DNA of 64,000 nucleotides from Vicinamibacterales bacterium (lineage in GTDB: Bacteria; Acidobacteriota; Vicinamibacteria; Vicinamibacterales; CAVVIG01). The notes under the pieces were generated by a model that was not told where the DNA came from, did no database searches, and was given only the letters and a program-made list of their open reading frames with translations. The position numbers were made by a program, and so were the translations under genes. Numbering within the stretch: the stretch's first letter is position 1; every line of letters begins with the position of its first letter. This document shows, piece by piece, positions 44,320 to 54,225 of the stretch. The stretch is taken from the NCBI GenBank assembly GCA_035537875.1, contig DATLLJ010000002.1, forward strand, positions 104,283 through 168,282. Direction: 5' to 3'.

Positions 44320-44916
44320 CTAGACGGCGCTCAACGATGCGTGCTCGATGCGCGTCCCGAGCACCGCCAGAAACTGAGCAATCCAGTTCGGGTGCGCCGG
44401 CCACGCGGGTGCAGTTACGAAATTACCGTCCGTCACGGCACCATCGACGTCGATGGCCGCGTACGTGGCTCCGGCCAGTTCCACTTCCGGCGAGCAGGCC
44501 GGATAGGCGCTGATCCGACGGCCCGCGATCACGTTCGCAGCCGCCAGCAGCTGCGCGCCGTGACAAATCGCAGCGATCGGCTTGTTGCTGCGGGCGAACT
44601 GTCTGACGAGATCCAGAACCCTGGCGTTCAGACGGAGATACTCGGGCGCACGACCGCCGGGAATCACGAGGGCGTCGTAGTCCCGCTCGCGGACTTCGTC
44701 GAAGGTGGCATTGAGGGTGAAGTTATGGCCGGGCTTCTCTGAGTACGTCTGATCACCCTCGAAATCGTGCACAGCGGTCCGGACCGTCTGCCCGGCCGAC
44801 TTGCCTGGACAGACAGCCTCAACGGTGTGCCCGACGGCGCGGAGCGCCTGAAAAGGCACCATCACCTCGTAGTCTTCGACGAAATCGCCGACCAGCATCA
44901 GTATCTTCTTCGCCAT
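44320..44916 (-). CDS. DJ-1/PfpI-family protein
   Basis: The ATG at 44916 follows GGAGG and gives [17 protein letters not shown]. It has ...[12 protein letters not shown]...[11 protein letters not shown] (nucleophile-elbow Cys-His). Confidence 0.85.
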   Translation of the reverse strand: MAKKILMLVGDFVEDYEVMVPFQALRAVGHTVEAVCPGKSAGQTVRTAVHDFEGDQTYSEKPGHNFTLNATFDEVRERDYDALVIPGGRAPEYLRLNARVLDLVRQFARSNKPIAAICHGAQLLAAANVIAGRRISAYPACSPEVELAGATYAAIDVDGAVTDGNFVTAPAWPAHPNWIAQFLAVLGTRIEHASLSAV

Positions 44917-44971
44917 CCCGACCTCCCCTGGATCATCGTATCGCTGCCTCGTCGCCGTCAACGCCACGGAG

Positions 44972-46201
44972 TCACTTCAGGTGTTCGTAGACTGCCTTCT
45001 CGAATCGCCTCATCACGTCCATGCTGACGGCGTTGTAGAACGGCAGGACCTGCGTGAGAAACACGACGCCGATGCCGTTCTCCGGATCCACCCAGAAATG
45101 GGTGTTGTTGATGCCGGCCCACGTATAGCTTCCCACGCCTCGCTCGTGCATCGGCCGCCCTTCGGTCATCGTAATCTGGAAGCCCAGGCCAAACTTGTCC
45201 TTCCCCGCTCCGAACGGAAAAACGGCTGACGTCCTGGGTATGACGGCGGGCATCTCGTCGACGACGACCGAGCCGATCTGATTGGTGGTCATGAGACGGA
45301 TGGAATCGGGCTTGAGAAGCGTCTGGCCGCGCCAGCTCCCCTCGTTCAGGAACAGCTGCAGAAAGGCCGCGTAGTCCGAGGCGGTCGAGACCAGCCCGCC
45401 ATCGCCCCGCACGGTTGCCGTGTAGGTGGCCGGGTTGGGCGCCTCGACCAGTCCTGTCTCCTCCCGCCGATGCACCGTCACCAGACGAGCCGTTTTCTCC
45501 GCCGGAACGTAGTAAGAGGTATCGACCATGCCGAGCGGCCGGAAGATTCTCTCCTGGTCGAACGCTTCGATGCCCTGACCGCTCAGCTTCTCCACAATCT
45601 CCCCGAGCACCGAAGTGCTGGCCGAGTAAACCCACCGGGTACCGGGATCGGACAGCAGCGGCATCTCGCGGGGATCCTGCTTGGTCTTCTGCTGGATGGC
45701 GAAAACTTCGGGGCTGGTGAACGGATAGCTCAGGCCCGAAGTGTGGGTCAGCAGGTGTCGAATCGTCATCTCACTCTTCGCCGGTCGAGTCGTGTAGGTG
45801 GCGTCGTGCTCGTTGAAGGTCTCGATGACGGGGCGATCCTTGTATGCCGGCAGGTGGGTCGATACCGGATCGTCGAGCTGCAGCTTCCCCTGCTCGTAAA
45901 GCATCATGATTCCCAGTGAGGTCACGGGCTTGGTCATCGAAGCAATACGAAACAGCGTGTCGGTGGACATCGAAACGCCCTGCGCGGCATTCTGCTTGCC
46001 GAAGGCCTTGACGTAGAGCACCTGGTCCTTGTTCGTGACGGCGGCCACGACACCCGGGATTTCCCCCTTGTCCACGGCAGCCTGGAGCGTGCCGTCCATC
46101 GCCGCTACCCCCGCAGCGTCCAGAGCCGGCAACGAGGTCGACGGCGCGGCGCTGCAACCGGTGACGAACAGGATCGCAAGCAGGGCGGACATGAGTCGCA
46201 T
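44972..46201 (-). CDS. Serine hydrolase, beta-lactamase/transpeptidase-like (class C family), lipoprotein
   Basis: Lipobox LFVTGCS is present. [12 protein letters not shown] carries the SxxK motif, and LLTHTSGL is also present. Confidence 0.8.
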   Translation of the reverse strand: MRLMSALLAILFVTGCSAAPSTSLPALDAAGVAAMDGTLQAAVDKGEIPGVVAAVTNKDQVLYVKAFGKQNAAQGVSMSTDTLFRIASMTKPVTSLGIMMLYEQGKLQLDDPVSTHLPAYKDRPVIETFNEHDATYTTRPAKSEMTIRHLLTHTSGLSYPFTSPEVFAIQQKTKQDPREMPLLSDPGTRWVYSASTSVLGEIVEKLSGQGIEAFDQERIFRPLGMVDTSYYVPAEKTARLVTVHRREETGLVEAPNPATYTATVRGDGGLVSTASDYAAFLQLFLNEGSWRGQTLLKPDSIRLMTTNQIGSVVVDEMPAVIPRTSAVFPFGAGKDKFGLGFQITMTEGRPMHERGVGSYTWAGINNTHFWVDPENGIGVVFLTQVLPFYNAVSMDVMRRFEKAVYEHLK

Positions 46202-46233
46202 TTCTATCTCCTTTGTGAGACGACGAGGCACGC

Positions 46234-46701
46234 CTACGGGCCAGGAATCCGGTTGAAGGTGTTGAAGAAGATTTGCTTGTCTTCAGGATCGGCAATGGCC
46301 TGGCCGAGCGCTCTGGCCACGGCGTAATGTTCGCGCTGCAGATCCCGCGCCGCGGCGGCAAAGGCCGCATGAGCGAGGACCGCGTGCGCGAGCGCCAGCT
46401 CCCAGTCCGGCGTCTGCTGGGCGGCAAGGGAATCGTAGCTCTCCGTGGCGTATCGCAGCGCCAACTCGCCGTGACCGAGCGAAGCGTGCACGTGCCCGAG
46501 GAGCATCTTGGCCCGGATCACCTGCAGCTCGGATCCGACCTTCGACCAATGAAACGCGGCCGCGTGGGCGGCATCCAGCATCTCGGCGTCCTGATGCGCG
46601 GTCCTGGCCGCGAGCTCGCTGAGACTCCACGCGGCGTTGTTGCACTGCACCGCGTGCCAGCGGTGTGATCGCGCGACTTCCTCAGCCGACGTCTCAATCA
46701 A
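46234..46701 (-). CDS. Hypothetical all-helical protein
   Basis: 155 aa, Ala/His-rich and helical in appearance. It ends 3 nt before the next gene. I recognise no domain. Confidence 0.55.
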   Translation of the reverse strand: MIETSAEEVARSHRWHAVQCNNAAWSLSELAARTAHQDAEMLDAAHAAAFHWSKVGSELQVIRAKMLLGHVHASLGHGELALRYATESYDSLAAQQTPDWELALAHAVLAHAAFAAAARDLQREHYAVARALGQAIADPEDKQIFFNTFNRIPGP

Positions 46702-46771
46702 CGGTCAGCCCCACGAAACTCCCTTGCGAGCCGTACGATGTTCCCGAGCGTCACGCCCCGATCAGCCGTCC

Positions 46772-47854
46772 TCAGACGTTCAGGTGAAGCAGCTTCATCA
46801 GGTTCAGGCCCAGAATCGCTTCCTTGTCGGCCTCGCTCAGAAACGACGCGTTGAGGACCAGATCGACGGTCACCGGCCAGTTGAACGGCACGTCGGTCCC
46901 GTAGACGACCTGGCCGATACCGACTTCTGCGACCAGATGCCGCAATCCTTCATCGGAAAAAACCATCGTGTCGATCGAAATCTGTGAGCGCAGGTACTCG
47001 CTCGGCTTCTTCCTGTTGGCGCACTTGGCATTGGCCCTGACCGCGCAGGCTGCTTCGGTCCGTCCGAGATAGGACGGCAAGTAGCCGCCGGCGTGCGCCC
47101 CGCAGACGCGCAGTCCGGGAAACTTGTCGAGTGTGCCATCGAAGATCAGACGCGACAGAAAATAGGTCGTCTCCAGCGGGTTGCCTATGATGTTGCCGAG
47201 ATCTCCCCGCCCGCCGAGCGCTCCCGGCTTGACGATGTTTTCGGCGCCGCCTGGATGCATGAACACCAGCGCGCCGAGCTCCGCGGCCTTGGCCCAGAAC
47301 GGGTCGTACTTCGGCAGCGAGAGATCCTCGCCGTTCACGTGCCCGCCGATTGAGACACCGCGCAGACCCAGCCGTTTGACGCCGTCCTCGAGCTGCTCGG
47401 CGGCGAGATCGGGATGCTGCAGCGCGACCGACGCCATCCCGACAAAGCGATCGGGGTGAGCGGCGACCCACGTGGCCAGCCCCTCGTTCTGCGCCCGGAC
47501 TATTTGAGGAGCAAGACCGCGATCGGCGGCGTACCACCAATATCCGTTGATGCTGAGCGCCTGAACATCGACACCCTGCTCATCCATCAGGCGCAAACGC
47601 GCCGGGCCCAGGATGTTGTTGCCCGCGCCGCCTCCCATGCCGGCAAGCGGTGTCCCCTTGACGATCTCCTCCACCGAGATCACGCAGTGCGCGTGCACGT
47701 CGATCACGCGGACCCGCCGGTTCCCGATGGTGACCTGCCGTCGTGCTCCCGGGTCCTGGGCCGCGGCCGCCCTTGCACCCACGCCGCGTCCCGTAACGCA
47801 TGCTGCCGCCGCTCCAACGGCTGCGGTCTTCAGAAAGTCTCTACGACTCGGCAC
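46772..47854 (-). CDS. Tat-exported amidohydrolase (amidohydrolase_2/ACMSD-like)
   Basis: The signal is MPSRRDFLKTAAVGAAAACVTG. Family features are VIDVHAHCV...FMHPG...GTDVPFNWP. Confidence 0.8.
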   Translation of the reverse strand: MPSRRDFLKTAAVGAAAACVTGRGVGARAAAAQDPGARRQVTIGNRRVRVIDVHAHCVISVEEIVKGTPLAGMGGGAGNNILGPARLRLMDEQGVDVQALSINGYWWYAADRGLAPQIVRAQNEGLATWVAAHPDRFVGMASVALQHPDLAAEQLEDGVKRLGLRGVSIGGHVNGEDLSLPKYDPFWAKAAELGALVFMHPGGAENIVKPGALGGRGDLGNIIGNPLETTYFLSRLIFDGTLDKFPGLRVCGAHAGGYLPSYLGRTEAACAVRANAKCANRKKPSEYLRSQISIDTMVFSDEGLRHLVAEVGIGQVVYGTDVPFNWPVTVDLVLNASFLSEADKEAILGLNLMKLLHLNV

Positions 47855-47865
47855 GTCTGTTCTCC

Positions 47866-48999
47866 TTACCTGGCCAGGAGGTTGAACTTCTGGATCCGCC
47901 TGTTTTCAGGCCTGAGCGGCGTGACCTCGGTGACGTACAGGTTCCCTTTGGAGTCCGACGCCATGTGATGAAGCGTGCCGAACTCTCCGGGTGCAGAGCC
48001 CCATCTTCCGAACGCATCGAGCAGTTCCAGCGTGCGGCGGTTGAACACCATGACTTTCGCCTGACTTCGATTGCCGACGTAGAGAAAGCGCTGATCCGGA
48101 TCGGCCGAGAACGCCGTGCTCGCCGCCGTCGTGCCGTTGCCACACTCAGGCGCCCGGCACTCGCGGCCGATGAAGACCTGTGTCACGTACTTGCCATCGA
48201 CCGTGAACACCTGCACTCGCTTGCCGCCGCGGTCGGAAACATAGACCAGCCCGTCGTTCGATACGCGGGCCGCATGCACCGGTTGAACGAACTGCGAAGC
48301 CCCCTGCGCATCCGCGTCGGGCAGAGCGGGGTTGGGAGGCGCGTCGGTGGGGACATTGCCGAATGCCCCCCACATCCGTTTGAACGTGCCGCTGGTCGCG
48401 TCGAACACGATCACGCGGCGGTTGCCGTAGCCGTCGGCCACGAAGAGCTCGTTGGTCTTCGCGTAGACGAAGGCATCCGCGGGTTGATTGAGATTCTGCG
48501 TGTCCGCGTTGCCTTTACTTTGCCCGGCGCGGCCGATTTGCATGACGAACTGCCCGGTCTTGGTGAACTTGAGCACCTGATGGTCGTTGTCGCCATTGCC
48601 GCCGATCCAGACAAATCCCGCGGGATCGACGTACACGCCGTGCTCCGAATTCGGCCACTCGTAACCCCGGCCGGGGCCGCCCCACGCTTGAACGAAATTT
48701 CCGGCCGCGTCGAACTCGAGGAGGGGCGGCGCGGCCCGCGCCTTTTCCTCGGGGCCGAGTGTGCCGGGACGTTGCAGCACCCAGACATGATCCTGGCCGT
48801 CCACGGCGACGCTGGCGACCTGTCCCAGCTGCCAGTTGTTCGGAATCTTCGGCCACCCTGGAACGACTTCGAACGTCGGCGCATCGCTCGTGGCGGGCCG
48901 CCGCGTCTGAGCGCCAATCCTGCCGTTGAACCCGCTGGCGGCTGAAATCACAAGAGTCAACCCCAGCGCTGCGACGACCGATCCTGTCGGTTGATTCAT
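47866..48999 (-). CDS. Secreted NHL-repeat beta-propeller protein (peptidyl-hydroxyglycine lyase-like)
   Basis: 377 aa with repeated blade motifs (VAVDGQDHVWV, GVYVDPAGFVWIG, ELFVADGYGNRRV, GLVYVSDRGGKRVQVF, GNLYVTEV). Confidence 0.65.
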   Translation of the reverse strand: MNQPTGSVVAALGLTLVISAASGFNGRIGAQTRRPATSDAPTFEVVPGWPKIPNNWQLGQVASVAVDGQDHVWVLQRPGTLGPEEKARAAPPLLEFDAAGNFVQAWGGPGRGYEWPNSEHGVYVDPAGFVWIGGNGDNDHQVLKFTKTGQFVMQIGRAGQSKGNADTQNLNQPADAFVYAKTNELFVADGYGNRRVIVFDATSGTFKRMWGAFGNVPTDAPPNPALPDADAQGASQFVQPVHAARVSNDGLVYVSDRGGKRVQVFTVDGKYVTQVFIGRECRAPECGNGTTAASTAFSADPDQRFLYVGNRSQAKVMVFNRRTLELLDAFGRWGSAPGEFGTLHHMASDSKGNLYVTEVTPLRPENRRIQKFNLLAR

Positions 49000-49032
49000 G
49001 ACCCGTTCCTCGTCTGGCTTCCAGTCGCGGCG

Positions 49033-50370
49033 TCACTTCGCCGCGGCTTCGGCATCGACATCCTTCTCCCAGTCGCTGATAAGGCGGCGGAGCTGCGACA
49101 CCAGGTCTGGCCGCGTCGTCGCGAGGTCGTTTCGCTCGCCGATGTCCGCCCGCAGGTTGAAGAGCAGCAGATCGTCGCCATCGAGCAGCAGCTTCCAGTC
49201 GCCCTTTCTGACGGCCCTCTGTTGCCGAATCGGTACGTTGATGCGCCAGAACAGCGTCCGCTCGATCGGTGATGACCGGCCCTCCAGAATCGGAAGCAGG
49301 TTGATTCCTTCGAGTCGCGCATCGGCCGGCACTGGTGTTCCCGTGGCCGCCAGAATCGACATCGTCAAATCCATCGTGATACCGGTCTGCCCGCTGATCT
49401 TCCCAGTCGGCAGCCGCCCGGGCCACTTGAAGATTGCCGGCACGCGAATACCGCCTTCCCAGAGCGTGTCCTTCCGATGAAAGAGCGGCGCATTGCGGGA
49501 CAGCCACTCGCCTCCGTTGTCGTTGGTGAAGATCACCAGCGTGTTCCTGGTCAGACCGAGCGCATCCAGTTTCTGCAGGATCTGCCCGACGCCGGCGTCG
49601 GCCCGCTCGAGCATCGCGACATAATCCTTTCGCGTGGCTGGCACGAGGGCATCCGGTCCCTGGAACGCGGCGTTGTCGGGCGCCCGGGAATAATGGTCGG
49701 GCGGCTGAAAGGGCCAGTGGGCCGCGTTGTAAGCCACTTCCAGGAAGAAGGGGCCGGCCTTCTGCTGGTCGATGAAACCGAGCGCGCGGGCGGTGATGAG
49801 GTCCGTCATGTACCCGTCTTCCTGAACGGGTCTGGTGTTTTCGAACAGGTCCGGCTGGCCGTCTCCTCGCGTGTGGGTGTAGAAGTCGATGAACCCGCTC
49901 AGGAACCCGAAGAAGTAATCGAACCCGTGGGCGTTCGGCCCGAACTCCGGCCTGTAACCCAGATGCCATTTCCCCACGAGTCCGGTCGAATATCCGTTGT
50001 TCTTCAGCAGCTGCGGTAGCGACCGCCCGGTCGTGGCCAGTCCCTGCTCGAGCGCTGGTCCCGCCGACCCCAGCGCACGTTCGAGACGAACGCGCTGCTG
50101 GTAGCGGCCGGTCATCAGCGCCGCTCGCGTCGGCGTGCACAGAGGTGCCGCGTAGAAATCCGTCAGCTTGACGCCATCCTTTGCCAGGCGATCGATGTTC
50201 GGCGTCTTGATGTCGGGCGCACCGTAGCTGCCGATGTCGCCGTAGCCGACATCGTCTGTGACGATCAGCACGACGTTGGGGCGTGAGGGAGTCGGTGGCT
50301 GGGACTGGGCGGCCGAACTGACCACGCCGAAAAGCACGGCAACGATGAAACACGCGGCTGGACGGCGCAC
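49033..50370 (-). CDS. Arylsulfatase-family sulfatase (secreted)
   Basis: The motifs PNVVLIVTDDVGYGD and APLCTPTRAALMTGR (the CxPxR formylglycine motif) are present. Confidence 0.9.
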   Translation of the reverse strand: MRRPAACFIVAVLFGVVSSAAQSQPPTPSRPNVVLIVTDDVGYGDIGSYGAPDIKTPNIDRLAKDGVKLTDFYAAPLCTPTRAALMTGRYQQRVRLERALGSAGPALEQGLATTGRSLPQLLKNNGYSTGLVGKWHLGYRPEFGPNAHGFDYFFGFLSGFIDFYTHTRGDGQPDLFENTRPVQEDGYMTDLITARALGFIDQQKAGPFFLEVAYNAAHWPFQPPDHYSRAPDNAAFQGPDALVPATRKDYVAMLERADAGVGQILQKLDALGLTRNTLVIFTNDNGGEWLSRNAPLFHRKDTLWEGGIRVPAIFKWPGRLPTGKISGQTGITMDLTMSILAATGTPVPADARLEGINLLPILEGRSSPIERTLFWRINVPIRQQRAVRKGDWKLLLDGDDLLLFNLRADIGERNDLATTRPDLVSQLRRLISDWEKDVDAEAAAK

Positions 50371-50452
50371 GAGACCTCCTTGCTGGATCGCCGAAACTTC
50401 GTCGCTGCGGGACTACCCGTGAACGAGGTGGCCCCTTTCCATCAGTCCGGGC

Positions 50453-52012
50453 TCAGCGGCCGGCGTCGGGCGGGGCTTCGGCCGCACACGTGAAGCTGGA
50501 CGCGGCGTCAGTGCTGCCGACCCCGTCGTACTTCGCGACCTGGCCAATCGGGCACAGCGGGCGAGTCCGGTCGATTTTGCCAGCGGTGACACGAGACGCC
50601 ACGATCCGGGCCGGCTTCTGCCCGTTCTCGACCCAGTTCGAGATGGCGGCCATCCCGTCGAACGTATCGGGGCCGGGACCGCCGCCGCAGTGCAAGACCC
50701 CCGGCAGCATGAACAGCGCGATCGATTGATCCGCCCCGCTTCCAACGGCCTTCAACACGTTACGGAAATAGATGACGCTGTTCTCGGCGGGCACCTGCGG
50801 GTCGGACCATCCGTGCCACATGAGCAGCTTGCCGCCGCGATCGAAAAACGGCGTGAGGTTGAACTCGTCCGACGCGAGCAGTCCACCGTCTTTCGTGACC
50901 GCCCGCTCGACATCGGCTGCGATGTTGGACAGCCGGAAGTCCCAACGCGGATCTTTCAGATGGAAGTTCCGCACGCGTGAGAGAGAGTTGACGAGAGGCT
51001 CCGGACCGCCCAGTGTTCCCCACTGCAGTTCCGAACCCGGCCAGAGGTGCGCGTCGAGGAGCACCTTTCCAGATGTCGGATCGGTGAACGGCGATGTGAG
51101 CACCACGGCCGATTCAACCTGCGGCGCCGTCAAACACGAAGGACCGTCGGGGCCCTTGCAGAGAAGCGTCGCGTAATCGAATCTGCACTTCGTCGGGTTC
51201 TCGAGAACGCCGTCCTTGACGCCGTCGTCGAGGTCGCAGACCTTCATCACCGCATCGTGAATCATCGGATACTTGCTGGCGGGAATCCGGCTGGCTGGCG
51301 TGCGGTTGACCGTCAGGTTGATGCCGATGCGCGCTGCGTCGAGGCGAGCCTGATTCCACGATGCCGCGCCCGCGACGATACCCTGGAAGTCGTCGGGATA
51401 TCGCTGAGCGCTCGTCAACCCATGTCTGCCGCCGCCAGAGCAGGCGTTGTAGTACGACCACCGCGGCGGGCTCCCGTAAAAGGCGCGGATCACCGCCTTG
51501 CCCGCCAGCGCGAGCTCGTGCGTCGAGCGATACGCGAAGTCGATCAGCTTCTCGGGATGCCCCGGCATGAAATCCGCGTTGTTGCCGGCGTGACCGGTGT
51601 CGGTACCAGCCGTCGCGTACCCCTCTGCCAACGCGGACGCCATGAGTGCATGAGGAATGGCGCCTGCGAGCCCGCCCTCGCCGACTGCCTGAAACCTTCC
51701 GTTCCAGCGCGACTCCGGAAGCCAGACTTCGATATCGATCTCGGAGTCGTTCGACGGCCTCGCGGTGAGCTGGACCAGGCAGAAGGCGGGCAGTTTCAGG
51801 AACGGCTGACGCTGCGCGACGCGATCGGTCGCCGCCCGGTCGGTCGCAGGGTCGAATGACCCCGTCGGCACCATTCGAGCAGCGGTTACGGACGTCGCTG
51901 GAAGCGAAAGCTGCGTCAGGTTCTCGCAGCGCGTGACGCTTTGCGCCAGTGCGGCGCGAGCGACAATCAGCGCGAGAAGCAGCGTCGCGAACGTCACAGA
52001 GCGCGCATGCAT
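50453..52012 (-). CDS. Tannase/feruloyl esterase-family hydrolase (secreted)
   Basis: The ATG at 52012 gives MHARSVTFATLLLALIVARAALAQS. The motifs YYNACSGGGRHGLTSAQRYPDDFQGIVAGAASWN match the family. Confidence 0.8.
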   Translation of the reverse strand: MHARSVTFATLLLALIVARAALAQSVTRCENLTQLSLPATSVTAARMVPTGSFDPATDRAATDRVAQRQPFLKLPAFCLVQLTARPSNDSEIDIEVWLPESRWNGRFQAVGEGGLAGAIPHALMASALAEGYATAGTDTGHAGNNADFMPGHPEKLIDFAYRSTHELALAGKAVIRAFYGSPPRWSYYNACSGGGRHGLTSAQRYPDDFQGIVAGAASWNQARLDAARIGINLTVNRTPASRIPASKYPMIHDAVMKVCDLDDGVKDGVLENPTKCRFDYATLLCKGPDGPSCLTAPQVESAVVLTSPFTDPTSGKVLLDAHLWPGSELQWGTLGGPEPLVNSLSRVRNFHLKDPRWDFRLSNIAADVERAVTKDGGLLASDEFNLTPFFDRGGKLLMWHGWSDPQVPAENSVIYFRNVLKAVGSGADQSIALFMLPGVLHCGGGPGPDTFDGMAAISNWVENGQKPARIVASRVTAGKIDRTRPLCPIGQVAKYDGVGSTDAASSFTCAAEAPPDAGR

Positions 52013-52047
52013 CGCTCCCCCGGAACCGGTTGGAGTAACTCGACCGA

Positions 52048-52554
52048 CTAGACTGCCGCTGCCGGCGCATCCACGCCAGCCCAGAGGTTCATCGTGGTCA
52101 GCTCTTCGCGTCCGCACGCCTTGAGATAGAGGAAGAGCTGTGTACGATACGCGGCGTAGCCGCAGAGCACGACGTTCACGAGAAACGCACCGCGCGAGCT
52201 GGCATTGCCGAACATCGTGATCTCGTCCCGAAAATCGGCGTCGGCGACGTCGTTCAGGAGCCTCGGAAAGGCGTCGGACTGGGCGGCGATCGCGGCCAGC
52301 GTCTGATCGAAATCCATCTTGTCCACCGCCTGCTTGGCTGTGGTCCAGGCAGCGGGATCGAACGTGCCGATCTTGGCCGCCTCTACGAGCGACGGTCCCA
52401 TGATGGTCAGATACTTGAGGAGCTCAATCGTGCTGCGCTGCTTCGATGTCGGGCGATAGTCCAGCTTCGTGCGGTCGATCTTCCCCGCCAGGTGCAGCAG
52501 GATGCGAACTTCCTTTTGGAACGCGCCAATCAGTTCGGCCTTGGTCAGGACCAT
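52048..52554 (-). CDS. Conserved hypothetical helical protein (possibly DinB-like bundle)
   Basis: The ATG at 52554 follows GAGGAA and gives MVLTKAELIGAFQKEVRILLHLAGKIDRTKLDYRP.... The product has 168 aa. The upstream part of ORF 52048..52968 overlaps the VOC gene in another frame. The family call is weak. Confidence 0.5.
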   Translation of the reverse strand: MVLTKAELIGAFQKEVRILLHLAGKIDRTKLDYRPTSKQRSTIELLKYLTIMGPSLVEAAKIGTFDPAAWTTAKQAVDKMDFDQTLAAIAAQSDAFPRLLNDVADADFRDEITMFGNASSRGAFLVNVVLCGYAAYRTQLFLYLKACGREELTTMNLWAGVDAPAAAV

Positions 52555-52613
52555 GGTTTCCTCGAGAGAAAGAAGGAATTGGGAGCGCAGAATATCATGG
52601 GAGAGATGCCTTC

Positions 52614-53027
52614 CTACTCCCCGTTTGCGATCCCACGGCTGATTCTGAAGACGTGGCCGTCGGGGTGCCGAACGTGCATCTCCCGAACGTTCCACGGCAT
52701 GTCGGTCGGCGGCCAGGTAATCTCGAGACCCTGCTCGAGACAGCGCGTGTGAACGGCGTCCACGTCGTCCACCCAGATCGACATCCAGACGCCCTTCTCC
52801 GCGGCATCGCTCCCTCCGGGTCCAAACGTGCGGGTGAGCGTGCTCTTGCCGCGACCGCCCTGAGCGTTCTCGCACAGGAAGATCTCGCACTCGCCGGAAC
52901 AGACGCCGCCAAAGTCCGGCGGCGTGCCCCACTCCCAGGCCTTTTCCCATCCAAGTCTCTCGAACCACGCGAAGCTTTCCTGAATGTTCGAGACGTTCAG
53001 AATCGGCGTGAGTCGTTTGGCGAGCAT
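52614..53027 (-). CDS. VOC family protein (bleomycin-resistance/glyoxalase-like)
   Basis: 137 aa. The motifs LTPILNVSNIQESFAWFERLGW...IWVDDVDAVHTRCLEQGLEI...PWNVREMHVRHPDGHVFR match the family. Confidence 0.75.
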   Translation of the reverse strand: MLAKRLTPILNVSNIQESFAWFERLGWEKAWEWGTPPDFGGVCSGECEIFLCENAQGGRGKSTLTRTFGPGGSDAAEKGVWMSIWVDDVDAVHTRCLEQGLEITWPPTDMPWNVREMHVRHPDGHVFRISRGIANGE

Positions 53028-53057
53028 GTCCGGCCTCCTATGAAGGATGGGTCGACC

Positions 53058-54029
53058 TCAATGCCGCAGTGCTGCAAGCTCGTTCGCGACGCGAACGAGA
53101 TCGAGGTGGTTGATTCGCTCGACGATTTCGTACCACTGCTGGTTGACGGTGTTCGGATAGATAGCCCCCAGGATGGCGCCGGCAATCGACCCGACGGAGT
53201 CGCTGTCTCCACCGATGTTCGCGGCCAGCAGAATCGCGTCCTCCGCAGAGCGCATCCTGGTCGCGAGTCCCAGCGCCAGCGGCACGATTGTCAGAGGCTG
53301 ATTCGGAAAGAAGCGGGCTGCGACCTCCGCCGGGCGCAGCCGCGCGCGGCCGAGCGCGTCGTACACGGAGCGCATCGCCGGTGCGAACGTCGGGGCCATC
53401 GGTCCAGGCCATCGGCGCTCGGCCTCTTTGGCGGCATGTTCGGCAAATCCGAAGACGTCCGCCGGGGAGGCGCCATCGATGGCTGCCGAGACAGCCGCAG
53501 CCGTAGACGCCGCGCCGGCGATCGCCAGGGATCCTCCGTGAGTCGAGATGGAAGCTTCGCGCGCACCGCTGACGAGCTCGTCGAGACGGTCCGAGCGATA
53601 CAAGATACCAACCGGTGCCACGCGTATGGCGGCGCCGCACCCCTCGTGCTCGGTAGTCGTCCGGGTCGAATCGGCGGCCTGGTGGAAATCCCACAGCGAT
53701 TTGACGCCCGGATGGACGCTCTTTGTACAGCGGAGCATTTCGCTTCCGATGCTCACGTGCGAGACAGTGCCGGTGGTAAGGATGGCTCTCGCAACGGCGA
53801 GCGTTCGTTCGGTATCGTCGGTCGTCTCGCCGATGCGCCACTCGTGCCGCGCGTTCCCTTTGTATCTCGGGACGACCGCGCCAGGCCGGCCTTCGAATCC
53901 TCCGATGCCGTGCGGGTAGTGACGTCGTACCGCTTCGTGAGCGAGCATCTCGGACTGTTTGCCGACGGCATCGCCGACGGCGACGCCCTCGAGGCAGCCG
54001 ATCACGCGACCGACCCGCGCGAGGCTCAT
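53058..54029 (-). CDS. ADP-ribosylglycohydrolase-family protein
   Basis: The ATG at 54029 gives MSLARVGRVIGCLEGVAVGDAVG. It has ...ETTDDTE... and ...ANIGGDSDSVGSIAGAILGA (di-metal ARH motifs). Confidence 0.8.
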   Translation of the reverse strand: MSLARVGRVIGCLEGVAVGDAVGKQSEMLAHEAVRRHYPHGIGGFEGRPGAVVPRYKGNARHEWRIGETTDDTERTLAVARAILTTGTVSHVSIGSEMLRCTKSVHPGVKSLWDFHQAADSTRTTTEHEGCGAAIRVAPVGILYRSDRLDELVSGAREASISTHGGSLAIAGAASTAAAVSAAIDGASPADVFGFAEHAAKEAERRWPGPMAPTFAPAMRSVYDALGRARLRPAEVAARFFPNQPLTIVPLALGLATRMRSAEDAILLAANIGGDSDSVGSIAGAILGAIYPNTVNQQWYEIVERINHLDLVRVANELAALRH

Positions 54030-54225
54030 GGGCGAACGGCGAGGGTTCGAAGCCTTGATGAGCGCGTGCAGGCGCGAGACAGGCCAGACGACATCGGGCA
54101 ACGACTATACGCGACTGCCAGGCCGTTAGGATGGAAATCGAATCGTGGAGCGCGTACGGGCTCTCCGAAGCAGGGAATCGGCGGCCGGCACCAGTGACCG
54201 GCCGCCGAATCTGATCAACTCGGGT

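Noticed and set aside
44306-44404. A longer N-terminus (from 44404) for the OsmC-like gene.
   Set aside because: It would overlap the DJ-1 gene by 85 nt, and the extra residues ([33 protein letters not shown]) do not look OsmC-like. The ATG at 44305 gives a typical length of about 157 aa.
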